DNA of 64,000 nt from the human T2T-CHM13v2.0 reference genome, Homo sapiens. Made by a program: the position numbers and the translations under genes. The notes under the pieces are model-generated. The model saw only the letters and a list, made by a program, of their open reading frames with translations, was not told the DNA's origin and did no database searches. The stretch is taken from assembly GCF_009914755.1 (NCBI RefSeq), contig NC_060934.1; one strand, written 5' to 3'. Below, in pieces: positions 1-11,206 of the stretch. How positions within the stretch are numbered: the stretch's first letter is position 1; every line of letters begins with the position of its first letter.

Positions 1-329
1 TAGGTGTTGTTCCCTGGAGCAGATCTGTAACTCACTGAGGGGACCTTCCAAGCTGGTTCTGTGTTAAATACACAAATCTTACCACAGCCTTTCTGACAAT
101 CAGGCATCCAGGCCCTGCTAGATCCCTGTTGAAAGGAAACTCATCACATGTCAGGCAGCCCATTCCTTCTGGAGGCTTCTCTGACAGGAACCACATCCTT
201 ATTTTGAGCTAAAATGGGCTTCCCTTGGCTTCTAGTCATTAACCCTAGTCCTACTTTCCCACATTTTTTTTCAGCAACTTTCTGTGAATCTATTATTTCA
301 AAACACAAAATTAAAAATAAGTTAAGGAG

Positions 330-1480
330 AGACACAAAAAGTCTAAGAAGTGCCTGAATTGTACTTCTAGAGATGAACATTACAATGTCTGAGATAAATA
401 GTACACTCGATGGCATGAGCGGCAGATTAGACATTACAAAGTAGCTTAGTGGACTAGAGACACTGCCATAAAGACTACCCAAAATGAGCCACACAAAAAA
501 TTAGGAATACAAATGAATGTAAAGGGCATCAGCAAACTAGGGAGAAATCCGCAAGTAGCCTAATATATGTTGGAATTGTAGTGACCAAAGAAGTGTGGGA
601 ACAGAAAAAAAATATTTGAAGAAATAGTGGTTGAAGAGTGTCCAAACTGGATGAACACTTTAAACTCTAGTGCAAGCATAGCCAACCACAAGCGCAAGAA
701 CAAGAAGCAAGGAGAAAACTAACCAAGGTGCAATCATGATCAAATTGCTTAAAACCAGTAACAAAGAAAACATCATCAAAGCAGCCGGGAAAACAAGGAC
801 ACGTTTCATCAAGAGGACCAAAGAGCATGAAGATAAGAGATTTTTCACCAGAAACAATGCAGGCAAGAAGTCAGTGGAGAGACATCATTAAAGCACTGTC
901 TGTACAAAACTGTCATTGGAGGATTGCATACCCAGCAAAAATGCCTTTCAAACATGAAGGTGAAGTTGAGGCTTCTTCAGACATACAGAAGCTGAAATCA
1001 TCAGCAGATCTTGTCTGCAAGAAATGTTAAAAGAAGTCCATCAGGCAAAGTGATACTGGATGAAGATCTGCACTTACAAACAGGAATGAAAATCACTACA
1101 GGTGAGAACTACACAGGTACATTTATTATTTAGGTCTCTTTAAAAGAAAATTGATTCTTTCAAAAAATAATATATAGTGGGGTCTGTGATAGGTAAAAGT
1201 GAAGCGTGACACCAATAGCATTGACAACAATAGAATAAGGGTGGGGAGAAGTATCTCACTATAAAAATCTCAGACTATGCTAAAGTCCTGTGATGCCAAG
1301 ATCGCTTGAAGGGATTGTGATCAGTTAAAGACTCACACTATAAAGCTTAAAGCAAACACTAAAATAACAAAGAGTTATAGCTAACGAGTCAAAAAAAAAG
1401 AGAGCTAAAATGTAATCACGAATACTTGATTAATGCAAAAGGAAGACAGAAAAAGAGGAAAAAGAACATGAAAACCAGAG
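330..1480 (+). mobile_element. Ancient L1M fragment (ORF1 and ORF1-ORF2 spacer)
   Basis: ORF 827-1030 (DFSPETMQARSQWRDIIKAL...WRIAYPAKMPFKHEGEV) resembles the L1 ORF1p C-terminal domain. The + strand is A-rich. Boundaries are approximate. Confidence 0.85.
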
Positions 1481-1486
1481 GTGAGC

Positions 1487-1688
1487 AGCCACCAGAAGGC
1501 AGAAGAGGCAAGCAATGGATCCTGCCCCAGAGCACCCAGGGGGACTGTGGCCCTGCCAGCACCCCAATTTCAGCCCCATGATGCTGATTGCAGACTTCTG
1601 GCCCCCAGAACTATGGCAAGATAAATTTCTGTTGTTTTAAGACACCAAGTGTGTGATTTTTCTTACACTAGCCACAGAAATGAATGCA
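1487..1688 (+). mobile_element. MLT1 (MaLR) LTR, 3' portion
   Basis: cagccaccagaag...gacttctggcccccagaact...ataaatttctgttgttttaag...ccacagaaatgaatgca is a typical MLT1 LTR 3' end. Confidence 0.8.
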
Positions 1689-1689
1689 T

Positions 1690-2290
1690 TGTATCACCCT
1701 GGGAGGGGCAGGCCACCAAGTCTCATCATCCCCTCCAACTCTGTGTCATAAAGTCCAGACAGTGCTGCTGAGAAGTTAGGGCTCCTTTCTTCTGCCTCCT
1801 GAATCATGAGTGGAGGCTCTACTCCAGGTTCGGGGGGCTGAGAACATGGAGGCGCTGACTACTCTCACCCAGCTCACTCACAGGGTATAGGTTCCACACC
1901 AGTCAAGTCAAGTGAAAAAGATCAGAGGCTTCCACCCCCACCCAGTGACAAGAGGAGTGTTGTAGACATTTTTCTCAGGGGTAGAGGCTACTCAGGAGAA
2001 CACAAAGCTCCAAACTCCAAAGGTGTCTCTTGAAGACTGAGGTTATTTGAAATAGTGTGGGTAAATTCAAGTCTAAGGGCTATCTCAAAAACAGTGGAGA
2101 TTTTATTAGCAGGCAAAGAGCAGGCTGATCACTCTGTGGGCAACAAGCCAACTGTAGGCCAGTGAGTTTACCAGGAAGAACCAAGAAAAGAGCCCTGCTG
2201 GGACCAGAAAAGAATCCAAATATTATCTCTGTCTAAAATTAATTTTATCAGACTAGAAAAATGCATGCCCCAGGACATTATCAAAATGGT
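1690..2290 (+). mobile_element. Probable old L1M 5'UTR fragment
   Basis: Motifs such as aattcaagtctaaggg and atgccccaggacattatcaaaa resemble L1M 5' regions. Highly degraded. Confidence 0.4.
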
Positions 2291-2600
2291 TTATGGTTTT
2301 GTTTCTGAGGCACTTGTAGGTCCTGAAGATAATTGTACATATTCTCTTCTAAAAACTTTATATTTCTTTTACATGTAGATATTTCATCCTTAGAATTGAT
2401 TTTTGTAAATGGTATGAAGTAGGGATATAGTTTTAGTTTTTTCCACATGGATTTGCAGTCTCCTAAGGACCGTTGATTGAAAAATCAGCCTGTTCCTCAC
2501 TGATCACGCACACGTGAAGTATACAGATTGTGGGGTTTGTTTCTGGGCTCTGAATTCTATTCCTTGGCTTACATGTGTAGTTAGTTATTTTTGTCTGCAA
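2290..2600 (-). mobile_element. Old L1 ORF2 3' fragment
   Basis: Antisense ttgatttttgtaaatggtatgaagtaggg...ttccacatggat. Minus ORF 2463-2687 contains NRIQSPETNP, similar to the L1 ORF2 C-terminal region. Confidence 0.7.
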
Positions 2601-3502
2601 GCATTTCATTTTACCTTGGAGTATTATTTGTGGGTTCCTCCAGGGACGATTTGTCTTCCATCTTTCCAGTACCTGGGACACCACCACTCTGTCTCGTTGA
2701 AAATTGAACTGCCAGCTTGAGGTTTTCAGACCACCTAAATCTTATGAATTCAGGCTGAAAAATCTACATGAAGACCACTGGCTTCTGTTGATAAATTCTC
2801 AGCAGGGATTTTCACCTCTTTCCTCTCGGCACTGAGGTTCAAAATGGCTGGTTTTCTTTGTTATACCCTTGAGAAAGGCAGATTTATTTCCAGTTGACCC
2901 TCACTTTGAGCAGACAGCTGATTGGGGTCTCAGCTCTGTGGGGATTTCCCACAGAAATCTGGGCCTGCCATGGGCTTTGACTTCTGCCCTCTGCCCACCA
3001 GGAAGTCACGAAACTGGAAGTTCAACTTCCCGTTGCTGGCAAATTCCCTCAGGAATTTGGCTTGCCTTTTGGGTGTCTGTATTCTACAAATGTTTTGACT
3101 TGAGAAGTTCTTGCTTTTGGCTAAATCTTTAATACGTTTTTAAAAGACTATTTATAAAATTTTGTCCAGGTTTTCAGTGCAAGAGCTGATCCAGGTACCT
3201 AGCTCACCATGTTATCCAAGTGTCCAGTACAACCCAATTTTTAAGTTTTTAAATTGTATAATTTTAAAATTATGAAGTGTGTTTTGTCTTTAGGATTTTG
3301 AAAGATCTGAGAGTTCTGTCTTATCCTGAGAGGTAACTAATGTCCCTTCCTTCCAACTCTTGCCCCTGTTACCTGAGTCCACCTGTAGCAGGTACTTTAA
3401 CATACATAACGTGTGACCTGCTGGTGCTGGAGTGGGGTTCACTTCACTTCCACAGTGGCCTCTGCAGGGGCAGGGAGTCCTGGAGCCCTCCGTGTCCCAG
3501 AC

Positions 3503-3975
3503 CCCAGTTCTGACTTTATTTGAGTCAAGAGCCTCTTTAAGAATCTGATGAGGCCGGCTGCAGTGGCTCACACCTATAACTCCAGCACTTTGGGAGGCTG
3601 AGGTGGGAGGATCACTTGAGCCTAGGAGTTTGAGACCAGCCTGGGCAACATAGGGAGACCCTGTCTCTACAAAAACTTTTTTTTAAAATTAGCCAGGTAT
3701 GGTGGCATGGGCCTATGATCCCAGCTATTCAGGATGCTGAGGTAGGAGGATCACTTGAGCCCAGGAGGTTGAGGCTGCAGTGAGCCATGACTGCACCACT
3801 GCATTCCAGCCTAGGCTACAGAGTGAGATTCTGTCTCCAAAACAAAACAAAAAAAATTCTGATGAAAGCTAGACAAGGGCGTACAGAACACACACAGCAG
3901 ACACAGTTTCTGTTGGATACACCTTCAGGGGGCCTGTGGATCCCTTGCAGTGGGATCCCCTAATTCTAAGACCCC
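3503..3975. mobile_element. Probable hAT-Charlie-type MITE interrupted by an Alu
   Basis: cctctttaagaatctgatga|aagct...ttcagggggcctgtggatccc resembles a short Charlie-family non-autonomous element. The Alu TSD lies inside it. Confidence 0.45.
3552..3856 (+). mobile_element. AluJ
   Basis: Full dimer with J-type ggaggatcacttgagccc and gaggctgcagtgagccatga, plus an A-tail. Imperfect TSD AAGAATCTGATGA / AAAATTCTGATGA. Confidence 0.95.
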
Positions 3976-6122
3976 CCACCCCACGCCTCTCTATAGCACT
4001 TCCCTGTGTTTGCTGCTGGCAGGACAGGAGGCAGCAGGGGCTAGCACAGGCCAGCCTGCTCAGCTGTGGGTGTTCTGCAGCGAACCTGCTGTGCCTGTGT
4101 CACATACCAAGGGCATGACTAAGGGCTACTGATGCAGAGTCAGAAGTGGCCCAGCCCTGGCCCCTACCTCCTCCCAGGCTCCTCTGAGCCTCAGCAGAGA
4201 CTGTGGCCAAGTAGTGAAGTCTCTGGCGGACATCTGGACCTGCAAGCCATCCAGAGCATTGTCCTTGGCAGTGGCGAGATGGTCAGGTCAGCACCTGGGT
4301 CCTTCCCAGCTTAGGCACACTTTTTGCCAGGATAGGAGCTTCTCAGGCCAGGGCCTCTCTTGCCAGTGCAGGCAGTCATGCCTGGCATCAAGTCCAGCAG
4401 GCGCGGAGGGGACTGCAGGCCACAGCTGTTCAAGTGGGGGCCTCCTTTCTGCCCTGCGAGGCCCTCTCAGCCTTGATGAGATCACTTGGGGGCCTTCTAT
4501 CTCTGGGACTCCAGAAATAGAGACAGGGAACTGGGAGTGAAAGCAGCCACATGTGCTTGGGCACCATGAGTGCTCACAGGTGCCAGAGGAGCAGACGGGA
4601 CCAGGTCAGGGACTGCAGCCCAGGACCAGCCAGTGGGGCTTCTGCAGTGCCTCATCCTGTTCCTGCCATGCCTCACTGCCAGGAAAACAGCCACCCTTGA
4701 CCACCTGCCCACCGGCCTCTCCCAAAGAAGACACTCCGAGAAGCAACTGCTAGAATTTTCTCAGGACTAATAGCAGTTGCTAACTGTCTCCAAAGCACAC
4801 TCAGCTGTCCTTGGGGCTCAGCCAGCCCCACACATAGGAGGGACAAGGCCCACAGCGCACAGGCTCAGCTCCACAGCACAGGGCTTCTGTCCTGAGGCCC
4901 CGTAAGCCTCCTTCCAGCATGCCTTTCTGTTCATGGAGTATTCACTTTGTGATTGTGTAATCAAAAATCGTCTTGACAATACAGCATTCTCCCATACTAG
5001 ACTTACTCAGAGATGGTCTGTGCTCTGAGGATGATGCTAGCATGGCTGCTGCCTGGGCACCTCAGAGCAGTCCTGACACAGCCCCCATGGAGCCCCACCT
5101 CGAGGAGAATGGGATAGCCTGGGGATCCTGGGCCCGGAGTGGGCCCCACGTGAGTCCAGCTTGCTCCAGCTGACTCTCTGTGGGCCTCCATTTTCTTGTC
5201 TGGAATGGAAGGAAATGATCCCTCCAGCTCATAATAATGATCATGTTTATGTCAGATCATCGTTCCTAGGATTTCCCCAAACCTCCACGTGCCTGGGAGA
5301 GGAGTGAGTTCTCCAGCTCCCTGGGACCCTCAGGGGTTACACACACCACCATCGGCCCTCCCATAAAGGCTGCACCTTGGCTCGGCCTCCACTGTGGGCC
5401 TGGCTGCAGGCTCTCACCCCAGCTGGTAGGAGCTGGGGTGAAGGAGGCCAGTTCAGGCGAGTCCTCTGCACCATCCTCTGCTGGCCCGATTTCCCGATCA
5501 GCACTGGATCAGCCTGAGTGCCTGAATCCAGAGCTCACTCTCCACTTGGGTGGGAGCATGGCTGCTTCCTGTCAGCCCCAGCGGTGTGACTGGGACCAGA
5601 GAGTCTCCTGCAGCCTGAAGAATTGTCCCAGCCTGCCCACCCCCGGCCTCCTGTGCTCCAGGCAGGCGTGGCTCTCCGTGTGGCAGATCTCACTCTTTGT
5701 CAGGGCCTCTGTGTCCTTCCTCCTGGGACAGGCTTGGCCTCAGAGGGTGGGAGGGAAGGGAGGGCCACTGCAGCCGCAGCTGCTGCATCAGGAGGGGCCA
5801 GGAGTCCCCAAGGTCGAGTCCAGAGCGCAGCAGGGAGTCCCAGTGCTGACGCTCTGCACATGTGGCGTCCTTGTCTTGCCCCAGCTGCAGGCTCCATGTC
5901 CAAAAGCACATGGAGGGAGAGCAGAGGTTTCCTGGGGACAGCAGCTGAGGCCAGGGGCTGGTGTGCTGGCTCACAGGCTCTGAGGCTGGGGATCACTGAC
6001 ATTGTGCTGCTGCGGCCTCCTGCCCAGGGAGCCTGCTGGCAAGGGGCCCACTGCGACCCGGGCTGCATCCCTGGCCAGCCCTCTCTCACTGGAGGCCTGG
6101 ACTCACCCCTGCCAGGAGGGGA

Positions 6123-6171
6123 GCTCTGTGCTCCCTCTCTGCTCTGTGCTCCCTCTCTGCTCTGTGCTCCC
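6123..6171 (+). repeat. 18-bp tandem repeat (GCTCTGTGCTCCCTCTCT) x about 2.7
   Basis: Read directly from the sequence. Confidence 0.9.
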
Positions 6172-6771
6172 TTCCTGCCTGTCTGGCAGCACAGTGACCA
6201 CCTCCCCAAAACCCATCCCGGCACGGAAGTGGGGCCTCAGAGCAAGCAGAGGAAGAACCAGGGGCCCTTGGTGATACAGCCTGGAGGGGGCCTTGGCTGG
6301 CACTTGCCATTGGTGTCGGGCAGACACCGGCCCCTCCACCCACCAGAAGATCTCAGGCACACCTGCCCACCCTGAAAGCAAGCAGGCAGGGAGTGGCCCC
6401 CAGAGCTGACCAGAGGGAGAGAAGACAGGAACTGTAGAGACAAGAGGAGTCCACCGCCCAGCCTGGGGCAGCACCTTGGAAGCTGGGGTTGGGCTATCCA
6501 ACTAGAAGGGACAGAAGCCAGCTGTGCGGTTGGTTGGTGGTGGGCTGGAAAGGGGCAGAGGGACTCAGGACGTGCCTTCTGATGGGATCATAGGGTCTCC
6601 ATAATGCATTGGCCACAGGTGGATGAGGAAGAAGTTGCCTCAGGGTTGTCGTGGAACTCCCAGGAGGGCTACGCCACCCCCATGGGTGTCTCCAAGCCCC
6701 ACGCCACCTGGTTTGCAGACCATGGGCCCCTAGTCATGTCGCCTATCTGGGCCTTTTTTTAAAAAAAAAAA

Positions 6772-9745
6772 TTTATTTTGAGAGAATTGTAGAATGAGCA
6801 TACAATTCATGCATGCACTTATAAGAAACGATACAGAGAGGTCTGAAGTACCCTTTACCCAATTTCCTTCAGTGATAACATCTTGCAAAACTACAGTACG
6901 GTATCACAGCCAGGATACTGACATCCGTAGAGTCAAGTTACAGAGTATTCCCTTACCACCAGGGGCCATCCGCAGCCACACCCACTTCCCTCCCTCCCTC
7001 CCCAGCCCCTCCATAACCCCTGGCAGCCACTCACCACTTCTCCATTTCTACAGTTTTGTCATTTCAAGATTGTTATATAAATGGAATCGTTACATTATGT
7101 AACCTCCCGGCATTGGCTTTTTTTTTCACTCGGCCCAGATCCCTGTAGATCCATCCAAGTTGTCCCATGTACCAGCAGTTGATTGCTTTCTAATGTTGAG
7201 TAGGATTCCATGGAGTGGATGCACTATGGCTTGACCATTCACCCATTGAAGGCTCTTTGCAGAGCTCTCGGTTTTGGGCTACTGTGAACAAAGCTACTAT
7301 GAGCTTTTGTGTACAGGTTTTTGTATGACTACAAGTCTTCATTTCTCTGAGATAAATGCCTGGGAGTGCAATTGCTGGGTCACATGTCAGTTGCATGTTT
7401 AGTTTTATAAGAAACTAAGAAACTGTTTTCTGGAGTGGCTTTAACATTTTACATTCCCACCAGCATCATGTATAGGTGATGCAGTTTCTCCACATCCTTA
7501 CCAGCATGTGGGGTTCTCACTGTTTTTTATTTTAGCTATGTTGATGTGTATATAATGGTATCTCCATGCAATTTTAACTTGTATTTCCCTAATGAGTAAT
7601 GATGACAAACGTGTTTTCATGGGTTTATTTGCCATCTGGGTATGCTCTTATATGGAATAACTCTTCATATCTTTTGCCAGTTTCCTAATTCGCTTGTTTG
7701 TTTACTACTGCATTTTGAGAGTTGTTTATTCTAGATGTTAAAAGCCTTCATCGGATACATAGTTTGCAAATATTTTCTCCCAGTCTGTAGCTTGTCTTTT
7801 CATTCCCTTAACAGGCTCTTTCACAGAACAAAAGCTTCTAATTTTAAGAAAGTCCAATTGTTTTTTACGTCAATTCTAACAACGTGGCTAGTTCTAGATC
7901 CCGAAAATTTTCTGCTATTAAGAAAAAAAAGCTTTATAGCTTTACATTTACACCTAATCCATTTTGAGTTAGTTTTTGTATAAAGTGTGAATTCATTATT
8001 TTTGCTGTGATGTCCAGTTGTTCCCGCATCATTTATTGGAAAAGCTGTCCCTCCTCTGATGAATGGCTTCATACTTTTGCGGAATATTAGGTGGGCATAT
8101 TTGTGTGAGTCTATTTCTGGGGTCCGTTGATCTATGTGTGTCTGTCCATCTGCCAATACCCTACTGTCTTGATTAGTAAGCTTTAATTTCAAATAGTGAT
8201 TCCTTTCACTTATTCTTCCTTCTCAAGATGGGTTTTGCTGTTCTAGGTCCTGTGTGTTTCCACATAAATTTTATGGAAAAATAAGCTTGTCTATATCCAC
8301 AAAAATACTTGCTAAAATTTTGACAGTAACTACATTAAACCTGTAGAATTTTGGAAAAATTGACATCCTTATATGTTGAGTACTGTACATGTTTTTTTAA
8401 GTTTATAATGAAGTATTTCATTGTTTTTGAAATGACTGTAAATGATATTATATTTTTAATTTGTTTTCACACCTTCTTTTTTAATGTATAGAAATGGATT
8501 GATTTTTGTGTGTTGATCTTACATACTGCAACTTGCTACACTCACTTATTAGTTCTTTTGCAGATTCCTTGGGATTTTCTACAGAGACTGTCATGTCATC
8601 TGCAAATACAGACAGTTAATTTCTTTCATTCCAATCTGCATGTCTTTTATTTCTTTTTCTTGACATATTGTAGTTGGTAGAGCTTGCAGTAGTCTACTGC
8701 ATAAGAGAGGTGAGAATGGACACTTTTCCTTGTACCAAATCGTAGAAGGAAAATATTCAGTCTTTTACCATTAAGTATGTTAGCTATAGGTTTTTACAGA
8801 TGCTCTTTATGAAGTTAAGAAAATTCTCCTTTGCTCCAAGTTTGCTGAGAGTTTTTATCATGACTAGGTGTTGGATTTTGTCAAATGCTTTTCCTGCGTC
8901 AACTGATAGAATCACATGACTTTTCCTCTGTAGCCTGTTGGTAGGTGTATTACATTGGTTGGTCTTGTAATTCTGAACCAACCCTGCATACCTGGGATAA
9001 ATCCCAACTGCTCATGGTGTATAATTCCTTTTAAATGTTGCTGAATTTGATTTGCTGATATTTTGTCAACAATCCTTGTGCTGAAGTTCATGAGAAATGT
9101 TGGTCTGTACTTTTATTATCACATGTTGTCTTTGTCTGGTTTTGGTATCGGGCCTAGCCTAATAAAAGTGTTCTTTCCTCTTCTATTTTTTAAGACGGAT
9201 TTTGTAAAATAGGTGTTAATTCTTCATAAATGTGTGGTAGAATTCTCCAACGAAGCCATCTGGGCCTGAAGATTTCTTTTAAATTTCACATTCAGTGTGT
9301 TTAATTGTTATAAGACTATTCAAGTTGCATGTTTCATATTGGTTGAGTTTTGGCCATTTGTGGTTTTTGAGGAATTGGTTCATTTCTTCCACACTGTTGA
9401 ATTTATGAGGGTAAAACTGTAGCGTTCCTTTGTTGTCTTTAAAATGGCTGAAAGATCTGTAATATCTCTGTTTTATTCCTGATATTGGTGATTTGAGTCT
9501 TCTCTTGTTTTATCTTTGTGAATCTTGCCAGAGGTTTATTTTTTGAAGAACTAGATTTTTGTTTCCTTGTTTTTCTCTATTGTTTTCCTGTTGTCAGTTT
9601 CATCGACTGCTGCTCTTTATTATTTCCTTTGCTCTGCCTTGCTCTGGGTTTATTTTGCTTTTCTTTCTCGTGTTTCTTGGGTTAGTAATTTCGATGACTG
9701 ATCTGAGACTTTTCCTCTTTTCTAATGTAAGCTTTCAGTGCTGTA
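6772..9745 (-). mobile_element. L1MC-like element, 3'UTR plus ORF2 3' half
   Basis: The 3' end ataagaaacgatacagagag...aacatcttgcaaaactacagtac is L1MC-like. Minus ORFs carry ORF2 remnants, including the RT motif ILSVDAGKAFDKIQH (8784-8981). Confidence 0.9.
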
Positions 9746-10388
9746 CATTTCTGTTTCAGGCTTTTTCAGGGTTTTTTCATTTGAAAGTGGAAGGTTTGCA
9801 TCGGCACGCGGAATAGAGAAGACAGGCGTGCTTGAGAATGGGCTCTGCCGCCTCTCAGCCTGCTCCCTGGGTTGGTTATTTCAACTCCCAGGGGTTCCTA
9901 ATCCAGAACCCGGCTGCCGTGCACAAGGCTATGGGTTTCTGGGAAGACTAAGGCCCCTGCTCAGAGCCGACCCTCAGCAAACAGCCTTTCCTCTCGCTCC
10001 TTTCTTTCCTGCTCCAGCAGTTTGATTCTGTGATTAACTTTAAAATAACATTTATTTTACACGATTACAAAATAAATATATTTTCATGGAAGAAAATTTG
10101 GAAAACACAAAAAGCTATCGAGAAAATAATCTATCTGCAAACCTTGCCACTCCACCCCGCCTGGACCTCTGCTCACTTTGGCAAGCACCCTCCTGACTTC
10201 TTTGACGTGAATTTGTTTTTCCATAAGTTATTGGGGTACGGGTGGTATTTTGTTACATGAGTAAGTTCTTTAGTGGTGATTAGTGAAATTTTGGTGCACC
10301 CATCACCAGAGCAGTATACATTGCACCGTATTTGCAATCTTTTATCCCTCGTCCCCTCCCACTCTTCCTCTCAAGTCCCCAAAGTCCA

Positions 10389-10657
10389 TTGTATCCTTCT
10401 TATGCCTTTGCATTCTCATAGCTTAGCTCTCACATATCAGTGAGAACACACGATGTTTGGTTTTCCATTCCTGAGTTACTTCACTTAGAATAATAGTCTC
10501 CAATCTCATTCAGGTCACTGCAAATGCTGTTAATTCATTCCTTTGTATGGCTGAGTAGTATTCCATCATATATATATAATCATATATATGGAATACTACT
10601 CAGTAGTGTGCATATATATATATATATATAGTATTCCATATAGTAGTATTCTATATA

Positions 10658-10701
<44 letters not shown>

Positions 10702-10884
10702 TATATATGGAATACTACTCAATCATACAAAGGAATGAATTAACAGCATTTGCAGTGACCTGGATGAGATTGGAGACTATTATTCTAAGTGAAGTAACTC
10801 AGGAATGGAAAACCAAACATCGTATGTTCTCACTGATGTGTGGGAGCTAAGCTATGAGAATGCAAAGGCATAAGAATGATACAA
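10389..10884. repeat. 178-bp inverted repeat (arms 10389-10566 and 10707-10884) with a TA-rich spacer
   Basis: Manual alignment of arm 1 to the reverse complement of arm 2 gives 7 mismatches in 178 bp with no gaps. Confidence 0.95.
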
Positions 10885-11206
10885 ATATATATATATTTCA
10901 TATATATTTATTTATATGTATCTATATATGAAATATATTTATATATAGATATATAAATATCTATATACAAATAAATATTTATGTATATATAAATAAATAT
11001 ATTTATATATGTATATATAAATAAATATATTTATATATTTATTTATATATCTCTATATAAATATATATGAAATATGTATAAATATTTATATATACATGAA
11101 ATATATATAAATATTTATATATAAATATACAGTTATATATTATATATCTGTATATAAAATATATAGATATATGTAATATATATTTTATATATATATATAA
11201 TATATG
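10885..11206. repeat. AT-rich low-complexity tract, including a 28-bp tandem duplication at 10981-11036
   Basis: Nearly pure A/T. ATGTATATATAAATAAATATATTTATAT occurs twice in tandem. Confidence 0.9.

Noticed and set aside
5438-6501. Overlapping ORFs of 130-250 aa on both strands
   Set aside because: Mostly non-ATG starts, a Pro/Gly/Ala/Ser composition expected from high GC, no recognisable domain, and inclusion of an 18-bp tandem repeat.
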